Shown: positions 47,252 through 55,556 of the stretch, piece after piece | Position numbering within the stretch: the first letter of the stretch is position 1 | How the letters are laid out: each line of letters opens with the position of its first letter | Virus record (IMG/VR): IMGVR_UViG_3300045988_125874 | DNA from: a virus | DNA length: 64,000 nucleotides | Strand: one strand, 5' to 3' | Position numbers and translations under genes: made by a program | The notes under the pieces: generated by a model | Told to the model about the DNA's origin: nothing | The model's database searches: none | What the model saw: the letters and a program-made list of their open reading frames with translations, nothing else

Positions 47252-47326
47252 ACTAAATGCAAGGAATCGAACCTTGTCGCTTACTTTACACAACCTCAAT
47301 CAACGAGCCGAGTTTAACGGCATTCG
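47252..47326 (-). tRNA. Degenerate tRNA-like element C (75 nt): good T-arm, imperfect acceptor, irregular D and anticodon arms (possible pseudo-tRNA)
   Basis: T-arm CAAGG-TTCGATT-CCTTG. Acceptor TCGAATG/CATTTAG has 5 pairs. Only 3-bp hairpins where the D and anticodon arms should be. Confidence 0.3.
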
Positions 47327-47396
47327 AGCGGAAACAGGGAATCGAACCCCACTCTTTGGCTGGAATGCCAACGCTCTACCGATGAGCTATTTCCGC
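47327..47396 (-). tRNA. tRNA with a Gly-like acceptor but a non-standard anticodon arm (TTGGC-ATTCCA-GCCAA: 6-nt loop, or 8-nt with a 4-bp stem)
   Basis: GCGGAAA-TA-GCTC-ATCGGTA-GAGC-G-TTGGC-ATTCCA-GCCAA-AGAG-TGGGG-TTCGATT-CCCTG-TTTCCGC. Confidence 0.7.
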
Positions 47397-47404
47397 AAAT
47401 GCCT

Positions 47405-47445
47405 ATGCTGTCAAACCACCGCTTGCTTGGCAAATTTGACAGCAT
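47405..47445 (-). other. 11-bp inverted repeat between the YopX gene stop and the tRNA array (terminator or processing hairpin)
   Basis: ATGCTGTCAAA-19 nt-TTTGACAGCAT. Confidence 0.4.
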
Positions 47446-47456
47446 CCCATCAAACG

Positions 47457-47837
47457 CTATTGACGGTTGGCTAATAATTCCGGATTGTCATAAATATTAC
47501 CTGCATATCTAATTCCGAACATATCTATCATTTGTCCTATTGGTTTGTTCCCAAGATTTTGAGACAGAACTTCTAATAGCACAAAAGAACCGATTTTATC
47601 ACTATACACTACCTCACATAATACGCCAGCACATTCAACTAAATCATGCTCATATATTTCTTTCCCGCTCTTGTCACACAAGCCGGTGAACTGCCCAAGA
47701 GTATTTTCGTCTATTTTTTCAACGTCATTATCGTGCAACCAAGTTCCATCTCCATCTTGAATAAGCGTATAAGAATCTCTTATCCATCCCTTACCATCAA
47801 TGCGCTTCCCTCTAAACTTAATCCTTCTCATACTCAA
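47457..47837 (-). CDS. YopX-family protein
   Basis: IKFRGKRIDGKGW ... LGQFTGLCDKSGKEIYEHDLV ... GNIYDNPELL. Confidence 0.75.
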   Translation of the reverse strand: MSMRRIKFRGKRIDGKGWIRDSYTLIQDGDGTWLHDNDVEKIDENTLGQFTGLCDKSGKEIYEHDLVECAGVLCEVVYSDKIGSFVLLEVLSQNLGNKPIGQMIDMFGIRYAGNIYDNPELLANRQ

Positions 47838-48238
47838 AATAAACTTGCTTGTTCGTATTTAGGTTCCTTTTTCTCAACTACTCCGAACTCTGTTATTTCA
47901 ATGCCAGTCTTTTCAGTAAGCCATTTTGCCAAAATATGACGATGGCAGAAATCACCCGGTTTTTCGTAACAGCATAGAGCGACATCTTTACCTTCACTGT
48001 GTCGTTGGATAGTTTGAATCAATTCTTGCGGATTGACTTTTGCAAGAACATCATTCAAATACATACTCGTGTACTCTTCATAAGTCCATTTGTCATCTAA
48101 CATATATCTTCTTGGTGCAACCTCTATAATTTGAGGTGCGTTATAAAATTTTGGTCTGCCTAAAGCGACACATATCATTTTGATGTTCGCTGCTGCCAGT
48201 TTTCTGTAATTTCCAAAATATGATGTATAAATCCTCAT
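47834..48238 (-). CDS. DUF488-family protein (start at MRIYTSYF)
   Basis: MRIYTSYFGNYRK ... VALCCYEKPGDFCHRHILAKWL. Confidence 0.7.
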   Translation of the reverse strand: MRIYTSYFGNYRKLAAANIKMICVALGRPKFYNAPQIIEVAPRRYMLDDKWTYEEYTSMYLNDVLAKVNPQELIQTIQRHSEGKDVALCCYEKPGDFCHRHILAKWLTEKTGIEITEFGVVEKKEPKYEQASLF

Positions 48239-48252
48239 TGCTTTAATTTTAT

Positions 48253-48293
48253 GGTGTAAAGATACAAAAAGTGGCGTAAATTCAATCACTTTT
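48253..48293 (-). promoter_or_regulatory. Conserved promoter/operator, copy 3 of 4
   Basis: Minus strand AAAAGTGATTGAATTTACGCCACTTTTTGTATCTTTACACC. Confidence 0.55.
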
Positions 48294-48307
48294 AGTCATA
48301 AATTTGT

Positions 48308-48493
48308 CTAATTTGATAATTTTATTGTCTCAACTTTATAGCACCTCATCATGTGGTCTGTTTCGCGTCCCATATTGAATGTTTTGCCAAGATAGTACAT
48401 GTGAGCTTCTTCCTCTGGTAGGTTGATAGGAGTGACAAACCAATCTTTATTACCTTGTTCGTCTTTTAAATACACTTTTACTGTTGTTTTCAT
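48308..48493 (-). CDS. Hypothetical protein (61 aa from MKTTVKVY)
   Basis: Start set by the conserved leader ATAGAGCAATGAAA. Confidence 0.5.
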   Translation of the reverse strand: MKTTVKVYLKDEQGNKDWFVTPINLPEEEAHMYYLGKTFNMGRETDHMMRCYKVETIKLSN

Positions 48494-48518
48494 TGCTCTA
48501 TGTTTTATAAAAGTAGGG

Positions 48519-48704
48519 TTAATCAATATTCTCAATTAATTTAAGAACAAGATATTCTGGTGAAACACCTTTGATTTCACAAAAATCGAGGACGTCTTCT
48601 TTTTTGATATTTGAGATTTCAACTCCTCGAATAGTCATTTTTTTTGTTTGGATTGTTTTTTCATTGCAATCCATACGCTTGAATCTGTTTTTGTAATCAT
48701 TCAT
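48519..48704 (-). CDS. Hypothetical protein (61 aa)
   Basis: ORF in the packed early array. Confidence 0.45.
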   Translation of the reverse strand: MNDYKNRFKRMDCNEKTIQTKKMTIRGVEISNIKKEDVLDFCEIKGVSPEYLVLKLIENID

Positions 48705-48730
48705 AATTTACACTTTTACCGTTGTTTATA

Positions 48731-49162
48731 TTAAAATGAAGGGTCGATATAATGGCTCTGATAATGGAGCATCAATAATACTCCATCTTTATACGGTTGT
48801 CCTTCCATAACCCAATATCCATTTCTTCTTTTGGTAAACACTTTTTCTTCTCCTTCAAGTTCTGGTAGAATTTCATATTTCCCATCGTAATAGTCAATGC
48901 ATCTCGTCTGGTTACAAGTGACTTCAATTTTGCAAGGAGAAATTATTTTTGTTACTGTAGCTGCGCGTTTATCAGAGTAATAGCAAATTGTACAGCCTAG
49001 ACCAAGCTCTGGTATAAGGTTCTTAATAGCTTCCATTCGTTCTTTATCTTTTTCTTGTCTCCATTTGAAAAAGTTTTTTTCGTCCGATGGGCACTCTCTT
49101 TTTTCTATTTCATGAAGAATTGCAAAACTTTCTTTGCTTGTTAATTTACTCAATGTTTTCAT
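48731..49162 (-). CDS. Hypothetical protein (143 aa)
   Basis: Conserved leader ATAGAGCAATGAAAAC at the start. Confidence 0.55.
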   Translation of the reverse strand: MKTLSKLTSKESFAILHEIEKRECPSDEKNFFKWRQEKDKERMEAIKNLIPELGLGCTICYYSDKRAATVTKIISPCKIEVTCNQTRCIDYYDGKYEILPELEGEEKVFTKRRNGYWVMEGQPYKDGVLLMLHYQSHYIDPSF

Positions 49163-49173
49163 TGCTCTATATT

Positions 49174-49458
49174 TTATCCGTTATACGTTGCTGTTATTTC
49201 TTTAGCATGAAGTTCTTTTCTCAACTCACCGTTCTTGTATATTCTTACAGATACGATTCTAACCGTATCGGATAGGAAACGTCCACAGTCTTTTGTTACC
49301 TTTTGCTCTAACTTAAGTGCCTTCGCTAAATCTTTGGTACGCTTTTTTATGGTGCTCTTGAATCCGAAGACGAAATCTTCGGTGTCAATCTCGAACTGAT
49401 AGGTGTCAGAGTGTAATATCTGGTTAAGTTCGGATGTCATTCGTTGTATTTTGCTCAT
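49174..49458 (-). CDS. Hypothetical protein (94 aa)
   Basis: ORF 11 nt from its neighbours. Confidence 0.5.
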   Translation of the reverse strand: MSKIQRMTSELNQILHSDTYQFEIDTEDFVFGFKSTIKKRTKDLAKALKLEQKVTKDCGRFLSDTVRIVSVRIYKNGELRKELHAKEITATYNG

Positions 49459-49469
49459 TGATTTATGCT

Positions 49470-49694
49470 TTAAAATTCAACAATTGCAATTTCATATTCA
49501 AGACCTGAAAGAACACCTTCAATCAAAGATTGCATTTGTTCCATTTCTTCCAACTCTGTTTCTTCAAACTCTTTTGATTCCCAGATGTTCGATGCAGTCC
49601 ATTCACCATTCTCTGAAAGGAAGCGATTATCTTCTATTCTCCAATAACCATTTCTCGCATCTCTTAAACTGATTTCAACTTCTATCTTTTTCAT
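49470..49694 (-). CDS. Hypothetical protein (74 aa, acidic)
   Basis: Conserved leader ATAAGAGCAATGAAA at the start. A -7-like TATCTTTAC lies upstream (about 49727). Confidence 0.5.
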   Translation of the reverse strand: MKKIEVEISLRDARNGYWRIEDNRFLSENGEWTASNIWESKEFEETELEEMEQMQSLIEGVLSGLEYEIAIVEF

Positions 49695-49799
49695 TGCTCT
49701 TATTGATTAATTTGTTATTTTTGATATGTAAAGATACAAATAATATATTGATTACCAATAAGTTAAATTAGAAATATGCATGGCTTAAACTTTGTTTAA

Positions 49800-50039
49800 C
49801 TATTTCATTTTCAAGTACTTCGATGTAATAATAGACTTGCTTTTCTCTATCTCCTTGTCGATGTCAATTCCAAGTTGACGATAGAACGAGCCTTTTCCGG
49901 AAAGGCTTTCACTTGCTATTTTTAAGGTTCTTTGCTCTTCTTTGGTAAATCCTATGCGAAAGGTGGAGAAAATTGCTAGTGCGGCTTTAAAATCACCGCA
50001 CTGGAGTAGTGAAATAGCTTTGTTGGTTTTCGTTTCCAT
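49800..50039 (-). CDS. Hypothetical protein (79 aa)
   Basis: Stop/start overlap with the upstream gene. Confidence 0.5.
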   Translation of the reverse strand: METKTNKAISLLQCGDFKAALAIFSTFRIGFTKEEQRTLKIASESLSGKGSFYRQLGIDIDKEIEKSKSIITSKYLKMK

Positions 50040-50296
50040 TAATCTATGAGTATTTCCGATCCAATCATTTTATTTGCTCTACTAGCATTTACAAAATAAA
50101 AGCGTCCCTTAGAAACATAACTGTCTTCTGATGTGTACACTTTTATAGCGTAGTATTGTCTTTGAGCTTGTGAATAACATATTTCCCAGATTGTTTTCCA
50201 TTTGACAATAAACTTATTGCCTTTTGCTAGTTCTTGTTCTATTTCATCTGATCTGAATTTAATACCGGCTAGTACTAGTATATTTTTATTTTTCAT
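50039..50296 (-). CDS. Hypothetical protein (85 aa from MKNKNIL)
   Basis: Internal ATG gives an 11-nt overlap with the DUF3560 gene instead of 56 nt. Confidence 0.45.
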   Translation of the reverse strand: MKNKNILVLAGIKFRSDEIEQELAKGNKFIVKWKTIWEICYSQAQRQYYAIKVYTSEDSYVSKGRFYFVNASRANKMIGSEILID

Positions 50297-50936
50297 CTCC
50301 CCATAACTTTTTAGCCAGATCATATTTTTTTTGCAACTCATTCACTTCCTTTTTGGCATAAGTGAGGGCGTAAGAGTGACTACGTGGATATTTTCCGGAC
50401 ATCACACCTTCATGGTATTCTTTCGCTTGTTCCAACTTGTGTTCGTAGAAGTCAATACTTTCCGGCATAGAAAGATTGATCGTTTCAGCGCGTTTTTCCC
50501 AGTACTTGGCTACTCTTTCATGTTCGGCAGCTTTATCACTAAGCTCGACGCTTTTCCCCATATTATTCCAGGCGTCATCTATCATTTTACGATGTCCTCG
50601 TTCGCTATGGTGTCCTACTTTGATAGGCTCACCCAAAGAAAGGAAATCCCGATGTTTGTTTGATTTCTGAAAATATTCATCGCTCTTTTGTGCTGCTGAT
50701 AATGCCCATTCATGCCTGCGTTCCGCTCTTTGCCTTGCCCATTCTTGTACATTGAAACCATCTGCTCTGACGATGGAATAGTAGTAAAAGCCACTTTTTT
50801 CGGCTATCAGATTAAAAACTATGCAAGCATTTTCTTTGCCATACTTGGTTGTAACTAGAATTTCTTCGCCTCTTTCGTGCTTCTCTTCGCACTTTGCCAA
50901 AAATACGTTTGGCGCAAATTTGTAATATGTGTTCAT
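50286..50936 (-). CDS. DUF3560-family protein
   Basis: GEPIKVGHHSERGHRKMID and downstream helical repeats. Conserved leader at the start. Confidence 0.65.
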   Translation of the reverse strand: MNTYYKFAPNVFLAKCEEKHERGEEILVTTKYGKENACIVFNLIAEKSGFYYYSIVRADGFNVQEWARQRAERRHEWALSAAQKSDEYFQKSNKHRDFLSLGEPIKVGHHSERGHRKMIDDAWNNMGKSVELSDKAAEHERVAKYWEKRAETINLSMPESIDFYEHKLEQAKEYHEGVMSGKYPRSHSYALTYAKKEVNELQKKYDLAKKLWGDEK

Positions 50937-50979
50937 TGCTCTTATGTGTTATATAGGGCTTTCGCGCTGTTGGTTAAAC

Positions 50980-51171
50980 TTATGCTAAATCTATCGCTCT
51001 TGCAGGAACCCCAATCATCGTCCATGTCTTACCGTTTTTTAGATAGTCAACAGAATATTCTGTTTCCCAAGTACAAATGTTTGTATCAACATTTGATATT
51101 ACTCCTTTTACATTACCGTTTTTTGTAGTAACTATAACAGATTGTCCTTTCTTAAATTCTGAAGTTTTCAT
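50980..51171 (-). CDS. Hypothetical protein (63 aa)
   Basis: Start lies inside 84-bp repeat copy B. Confidence 0.5.
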   Translation of the reverse strand: MKTSEFKKGQSVIVTTKNGNVKGVISNVDTNICTWETEYSVDYLKNGKTWTMIGVPARAIDLA

Positions 51172-51250
51172 TGCTCTTATCTTTTAATTGTTAGTATTAT
51201 TGGTTTCTTTTAGTGTTGTAAAGATACTCATTATCAATGAGTTAACCAAA
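51167..51250 (-). repeat. 84-bp promoter/leader repeat, copy B
   Basis: 81/84 identical to 39242-39325. Confidence 0.8.
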
Positions 51251-51308
51251 ACAAAACAATCTAAAAACTTTTACTTAAACTTTGTTTAACTTATTGAGTA
51301 ACAGTTGC

Positions 51309-51959
51309 TTAGTCTGTTAATCTGAATTCGTAAGCAAATACATAAGGATTGGATTGAAAAACTCCTTTGCCGGAAACTTTGTCTATCAGGACAGCAAAGG
51401 CTTCTTTGGGGTTCTTAAACCACTGGGAAGCGAAATAACCGTTTTCTCCATTCAAAAAGGCATCATAGGCGTAAATAAGTGGGGATTCATCAGATATTAC
51501 CTCTTGCCTAACAATCCCCTCTTTCAAGCAATCTTCATCGGATATATCCTGCAAACGCTCTATTTTTACATTGGTTATCTTTATGTGATGCTTACAAGCA
51601 TACGACTTAACGAACATTTTGTTATTCCATCCTGCGGAATTCTTCATGAGGCCACGAACGCTTAAATCTTTCGGATGCCTGTCTAGTGAGTCTGGGGAAT
51701 AGCCTGAATCTTTGTAGCTTTGCGCAATGGCAATAATCTCCCCAACCTTGTACGATGAATTGTCAATAAAAAACTCTTTTTCATCATAATATTGTCGTGT
51801 CGTAGGTGTATTTTCAACACTTACGCTGTTGCAAAAATCATCGTAATCAGTCCATTTATCTAATAGTTTTTCACTTACAATCCTTCTCGTCATAGTCTTT
51901 CGACCATCCAATACAGCTTGGGTTAAGCCGAATTCATCTGAAAACATAATTTTCTTCAT
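51309..51959 (-). CDS. ASCH/PUA-like domain protein (start at MKKIMFSD)
   Basis: FGLTQAVLDGRKTMTRRIV is typical of ASCH N-termini. SD GGGAGGAATAATC-ATG. Confidence 0.5.
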   Translation of the reverse strand: MKKIMFSDEFGLTQAVLDGRKTMTRRIVSEKLLDKWTDYDDFCNSVSVENTPTTRQYYDEKEFFIDNSSYKVGEIIAIAQSYKDSGYSPDSLDRHPKDLSVRGLMKNSAGWNNKMFVKSYACKHHIKITNVKIERLQDISDEDCLKEGIVRQEVISDESPLIYAYDAFLNGENGYFASQWFKNPKEAFAVLIDKVSGKGVFQSNPYVFAYEFRLTD

Positions 51960-51961
51960 GA

Positions 51962-52336
51962 TTATTCCTCCCATTCTACTCTAACTGTTGTTATGTATGT
52001 AACATCTTTTTCATTGACTTTCATACGCATGGCTTCTTCTTTTGATTTGTGAACCGCTCCAATACATCTTTCCATGAATGTTTCATATATATTTATCCAT
52101 CCTTCTTTCTTTTCTCCCACCATGCATAAATCGGTAGGACTGTCTTTTTCTCCATCAGAAAATCGTCCTTTTTTAGTAAAAGAAGCGGGATATTCTTTGC
52201 CATCCTCGCCTTCAAGTAGAGCAACAATAGGGAATCTATTGTTATTTGCATCAAAACATACAATTCTAGCTCTAAATCCTTCTCTTGTGCATAGAGGCGC
52301 ACCTGCTTTTGCTTTTTCTAAATCAAATGTTTTCAT
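51962..52336 (-). CDS. Hypothetical protein (124 aa)
   Basis: ORF packed against its neighbours. Confidence 0.5.
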   Translation of the reverse strand: MKTFDLEKAKAGAPLCTREGFRARIVCFDANNNRFPIVALLEGEDGKEYPASFTKKGRFSDGEKDSPTDLCMVGEKKEGWINIYETFMERCIGAVHKSKEEAMRMKVNEKDVTYITTVRVEWEE

Positions 52337-52347
52337 AATTTTGTATT

Positions 52348-52638
52348 TTATATTAGTTCAACTGCTTTCTGTATTCCAGCTTCCAATGCTTCTTCATAGG
52401 TATCCCACTGACCGCCATCGTTAGGACCGTCAAATATTCCATCGGTTATATGAGTTCCATTGTCAGCTTTGCATATATCATAGCCATAACCGCAAGCGTT
52501 TCTAATGATGGAAATATGTAGGTTATTTGTTTCACGAAGCCATTTCTGGGCTAATGATTGTGTTGGGAAATGATAATAGTTAAAGCCTTTTTGCAATAAT
52601 ATATTCAAAGTGTTTATCGGTATAAGTTTATCTTCCAT
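52348..52638 (-). CDS. Hypothetical protein (96 aa)
   Basis: SD GGAAAGGAGGAATAAA-ATG. Confidence 0.55.
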   Translation of the reverse strand: MEDKLIPINTLNILLQKGFNYYHFPTQSLAQKWLRETNNLHISIIRNACGYGYDICKADNGTHITDGIFDGPNDGGQWDTYEEALEAGIQKAVELI

Positions 52639-52639
52639 T

Positions 52640-53038
52640 TTATTCCTCCTTTCCTTTAAAGTGTTCCATTAGCTCTTCTATGGAAGCCTTGTGAATTTCT
52701 CTGTTATATCTATTAAGATAATACTTAATAGTTTCATCGCACATTTCAACCCCACATTTAAACCATAAGTTCCCATCAGTAAAACATTGGTTCTTGTTAG
52801 TGTCATCCCTCAATGCGGCTATTGCAAGGAACAAAGTCTCATTAGTTCCGCAATGAATATACCCATTACATTGTTCAGGAGGAAATGGAACATCAATTCC
52901 AAACATCTCATCATTGTCTGTCGCTAAAAAATAATCGTTTATATACCTTTCATTTCCTATTTTATACCCTAAACGAACTAACTTATCTCGAAGCTCCGGT
53001 GTGTTTTTGAGTATAAACGCAGGTGTTGTAAATCCCAT
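52640..53038 (-). CDS. Hypothetical protein (132 aa)
   Basis: ORF 1-2 nt from its neighbours. Confidence 0.5.
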   Translation of the reverse strand: MGFTTPAFILKNTPELRDKLVRLGYKIGNERYINDYFLATDNDEMFGIDVPFPPEQCNGYIHCGTNETLFLAIAALRDDTNKNQCFTDGNLWFKCGVEMCDETIKYYLNRYNREIHKASIEELMEHFKGKEE

Positions 53039-53040
53039 AG

Positions 53041-53379
53041 TTATTCGTTTTTAAGTTCTTTCAATACCTTTTTCACTATCTCATATCTATTAAACTTCCA
53101 ATTAGTATAAATATCCTCTATGTGCTTGTCATATATGTATGAATACAATTGAGAACGAAAAGATTCTCCATCTAGCCCACTATCATCATAATCATCGTAC
53201 ATCATCAATTCATGAGCTACTTCATTACATTCTTGATGTGTGACGAAATCATACAAAGTCCTATCATAAACATTTGTCTGACGGACATACTTTTGTCCCG
53301 GCTGTATCTTGCAGGCACAAAAATCACATATATGCTCTTTCTTGGCTGTTGGATAGGTTTCTCTTAGTACTATTGGCAT
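53041..53379 (-). CDS. Hypothetical Cys/His-containing protein (112 aa)
   Basis: SD GAAAGGAGACTAATT-ATG. HICDFCACKI ... HQEC. Confidence 0.55.
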   Translation of the reverse strand: MPIVLRETYPTAKKEHICDFCACKIQPGQKYVRQTNVYDRTLYDFVTHQECNEVAHELMMYDDYDDSGLDGESFRSQLYSYIYDKHIEDIYTNWKFNRYEIVKKVLKELKNE

Positions 53380-53393
53380 AATTAGTCTCCTTT

Positions 53394-53696
53394 CTATTTC
53401 AAAGTGTATTGAAAGCCTTCTTCTTTCAGTATGCTATCAATCAATCCATCTATTTCCTGATCGGATAGAAATTGCTTACCTGCATCCTTTTGCTTCCGAA
53501 GTTCAACTTTAAGCCTATTCTCTATCCTTTTCAACGCTGTACAAGTGTTCTTATCAGGATAATGCCAATCAATAGAACTGCGAATAATTGCTTTAATATG
53601 ATCTAATTCTAGGCTATCTGGGCAATGTTCATTGAGAAAGTCTAAATCCTCTTTGATTAGTTTCTCATACGCCTCTTTACTTATCTTTATGCTCAT
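53394..53696 (-). CDS. Hypothetical protein (100 aa)
   Basis: ORF in the packed array. Confidence 0.5.
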   Translation of the reverse strand: MSIKISKEAYEKLIKEDLDFLNEHCPDSLELDHIKAIIRSSIDWHYPDKNTCTALKRIENRLKVELRKQKDAGKQFLSDQEIDGLIDSILKEEGFQYTLK

Positions 53697-53699
53697 ATC

Positions 53700-53894
53700 T
53701 TATACTTTTTCCTTCTTTACCAATTCAACTTCTGTCGGCTCTTCATCTTCCCATTTTACTTCGGGAAATAGAGAAGAGTCAAGCTTATAGAAATCATGGG
53801 GATTGTCACTACATAATTGCCAACTTTCCGAATACTTCACGGGTTGCTTTTTATAAAGATACAAATCACCGTCCTTGTCTCTTGCTACATACAT
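53700..53894 (-). CDS. Hypothetical protein (64 aa)
   Basis: SD AAAGGAGACTAAT-ATG. Confidence 0.5.
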   Translation of the reverse strand: MYVARDKDGDLYLYKKQPVKYSESWQLCSDNPHDFYKLDSSLFPEVKWEDEEPTEVELVKKEKV

Positions 53895-53895
53895 A

Positions 53896-54186
53896 TTAGT
53901 CTCCTTTCTTTAGTTCTTTGATAAGAGCATCAGCTACTCTAATAGATCCAATCGCAATATCATTATAGGTTTCGCTATCATCATTCATTCCTAAAGCAAT
54001 ACAATACCCTTGCATAGCAGATTTTGCCAATTCATAACGTCTCTGTTCCCAATCAATAGTTTCAAAATCTTCAAAGAAGTCCAATTCTGACACTTTGAAA
54101 TACCTACCTTTCACTAAGGCAGTACCATCATCATATAAATCCTCAATCTCCACAATTTCTCCGGTTGCTTTTATTCTTGCTTTCAT
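53896..54186 (-). CDS. Hypothetical protein, paralogue of 62329-62664
   Basis: MKARIKATGEIVEI ... IDWEQRRYELAK ... ADALIKELKK is shared with the 111-aa ORF. Confidence 0.6.
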   Translation of the reverse strand: MKARIKATGEIVEIEDLYDDGTALVKGRYFKVSELDFFEDFETIDWEQRRYELAKSAMQGYCIALGMNDDSETYNDIAIGSIRVADALIKELKKGD

Positions 54187-54188
54187 AT

Positions 54189-54530
54189 TTAGTCTCCTTT
54201 CTCTTTAATCCGTTCTAGTACATCTCTGTTGGCTTCCAGTATTTCATCAAAAGATGGTATTGGCATCCACGCAAGTACTTCACTAGAACCAAACACCATT
54301 CTTTTTTCGCCAATATAGAAAAGTTCTTGAATTTGCATTTCCCCTTCATATTCATAAAGGACTAAAACTTTTTCCTTATAGTTCGGCAATCGTTCTTCTA
54401 CACTTATCCACGGTGATTGCTTGGTTCCAGCCTCATAACCTTTTGCATACACTTTTCGTAAATAGCCCTCTATTACACGAGGTTGGTTTATCCGGTTAGC
54501 CAATAGGCTTACTATATCTTTTAATATCAT
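54189..54530 (-). CDS. DUF551-like protein, paralogue of the C-terminal half of 63288-63674
   Basis: SPWISVEERLP ... AWMPIPSFDEILEANRDVLERIKEKG. Confidence 0.6.
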   Translation of the reverse strand: MILKDIVSLLANRINQPRVIEGYLRKVYAKGYEAGTKQSPWISVEERLPNYKEKVLVLYEYEGEMQIQELFYIGEKRMVFGSSEVLAWMPIPSFDEILEANRDVLERIKEKGD

Positions 54531-54531
54531 A

Positions 54532-54759
54532 CTATTTATTGTTTAATTTTTCTTCAAACTCCGCAATGATGCAATCAGCATCACCGCCATGTACCCAGTT
54601 TTCTAAAACAGAGGAAAGGACCTCTATTGATTGCTTTGCATGCCATTCTGCACCAGCCATAAAATCTTTTTGCGTCTCTTTGTATAAAACACCTTTATCA
54701 TCAGGATTATATAGCCCATCAGCGTATTTTTTTGCTGCTTCTTCTAATGTCTGTTTCAT
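54532..54759 (-). CDS. Hypothetical protein, paralogue of the N-terminal third of 63288-63674
   Basis: MKQTLEEAAKKYA ... GAEWHAKQS versus MKQTLEEAAKEAA ... GAQWQSKQS. Confidence 0.55.
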   Translation of the reverse strand: MKQTLEEAAKKYADGLYNPDDKGVLYKETQKDFMAGAEWHAKQSIEVLSSVLENWVHGGDADCIIAEFEEKLNNK

Positions 54760-54777
54760 ACTTTATGTTGTTTTATG

Positions 54778-55053
54778 TCAATTTATTATTGCTTTTTCTA
54801 CCAATTCCTTAGAATATTTCTCAATCTTGTCTTGAGATAGCTTTCTGAATTCAGGAAAATTCACACGCATCCAATTTCTTATTTGCATACCTTCCCTCAA
54901 TCCTACAGGATGAAACGGAATGTGTTTTCTATTGAAATTCAACCTTAGGATGGGGAAAACGCATCCTTTCAAACCTTTCAAGTGTCGGAAGTACCTTAGG
55001 TTTTCTTCCCCAAGGTACTTTTTAAGTGCATCAATGTGTTGTTGAGTAATCAT
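54778..55053 (-). CDS. Hypothetical protein (91 aa)
   Basis: 4-nt overlap with the upstream gene. Confidence 0.5.
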   Translation of the reverse strand: MITQQHIDALKKYLGEENLRYFRHLKGLKGCVFPILRLNFNRKHIPFHPVGLREGMQIRNWMRVNFPEFRKLSQDKIEKYSKELVEKAIIN

Positions 55054-55295
55054 AGCTTCAATCCATCAGCAGTAGGTTCTATAACTGTTCCCGTTGAAGG
55101 ATCTTTACTTGATGGATAAGGATTATCAGTACCCAGTCGTTTCAAATCCATACCGAGCCACATAACAGCTTCTTGTAATTTTGTGATAGTAAGGCTACGT
55201 TCACGACTTACTGGAAGGTCTTTCACTTCTTGAATCTTAGCATCAATTTCTTGACGCAATCTTTTGTTTTCTACAACTTCTTGTTCAAATGTCAT
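55050..55295 (-). CDS. Hypothetical protein (81 aa)
   Basis: ORF in the packed array. Confidence 0.5.
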   Translation of the reverse strand: MTFEQEVVENKRLRQEIDAKIQEVKDLPVSRERSLTITKLQEAVMWLGMDLKRLGTDNPYPSSKDPSTGTVIEPTADGLKL

Positions 55296-55340
55296 AATGT
55301 TTAAGGATTTTACAAAGCCCGTCCAAGGCTATTTAATTCG

Positions 55341-55556
55341 TTATTTTATCGTTTTACGGTTTTCTCTTAGTTCTTTTTCACTGACAATATTATTAGTTCT
55401 GTTACCAAGATTAGAAACAGTTGTTGTATTATTGGGCTTACAATACAAACACATTTGAGTAAAAGGTGAATATACTCTCCCACACTTCGGGCAAATCCAT
55501 CCCTGCTGCCCGAACATTCCATTATATGGATTTACTGAACTTGATTCTGTTTTCAT
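55341..55556 (-). CDS. Zinc-ribbon protein, paralogue of 63676-63870
   Basis: NPYNGMFGQQGWICPKCGRVYSPFTQMCLYCKPNN is nearly identical in both copies. Confidence 0.6.
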   Translation of the reverse strand: MKTESSSVNPYNGMFGQQGWICPKCGRVYSPFTQMCLYCKPNNTTTVSNLGNRTNNIVSEKELRENRKTIK

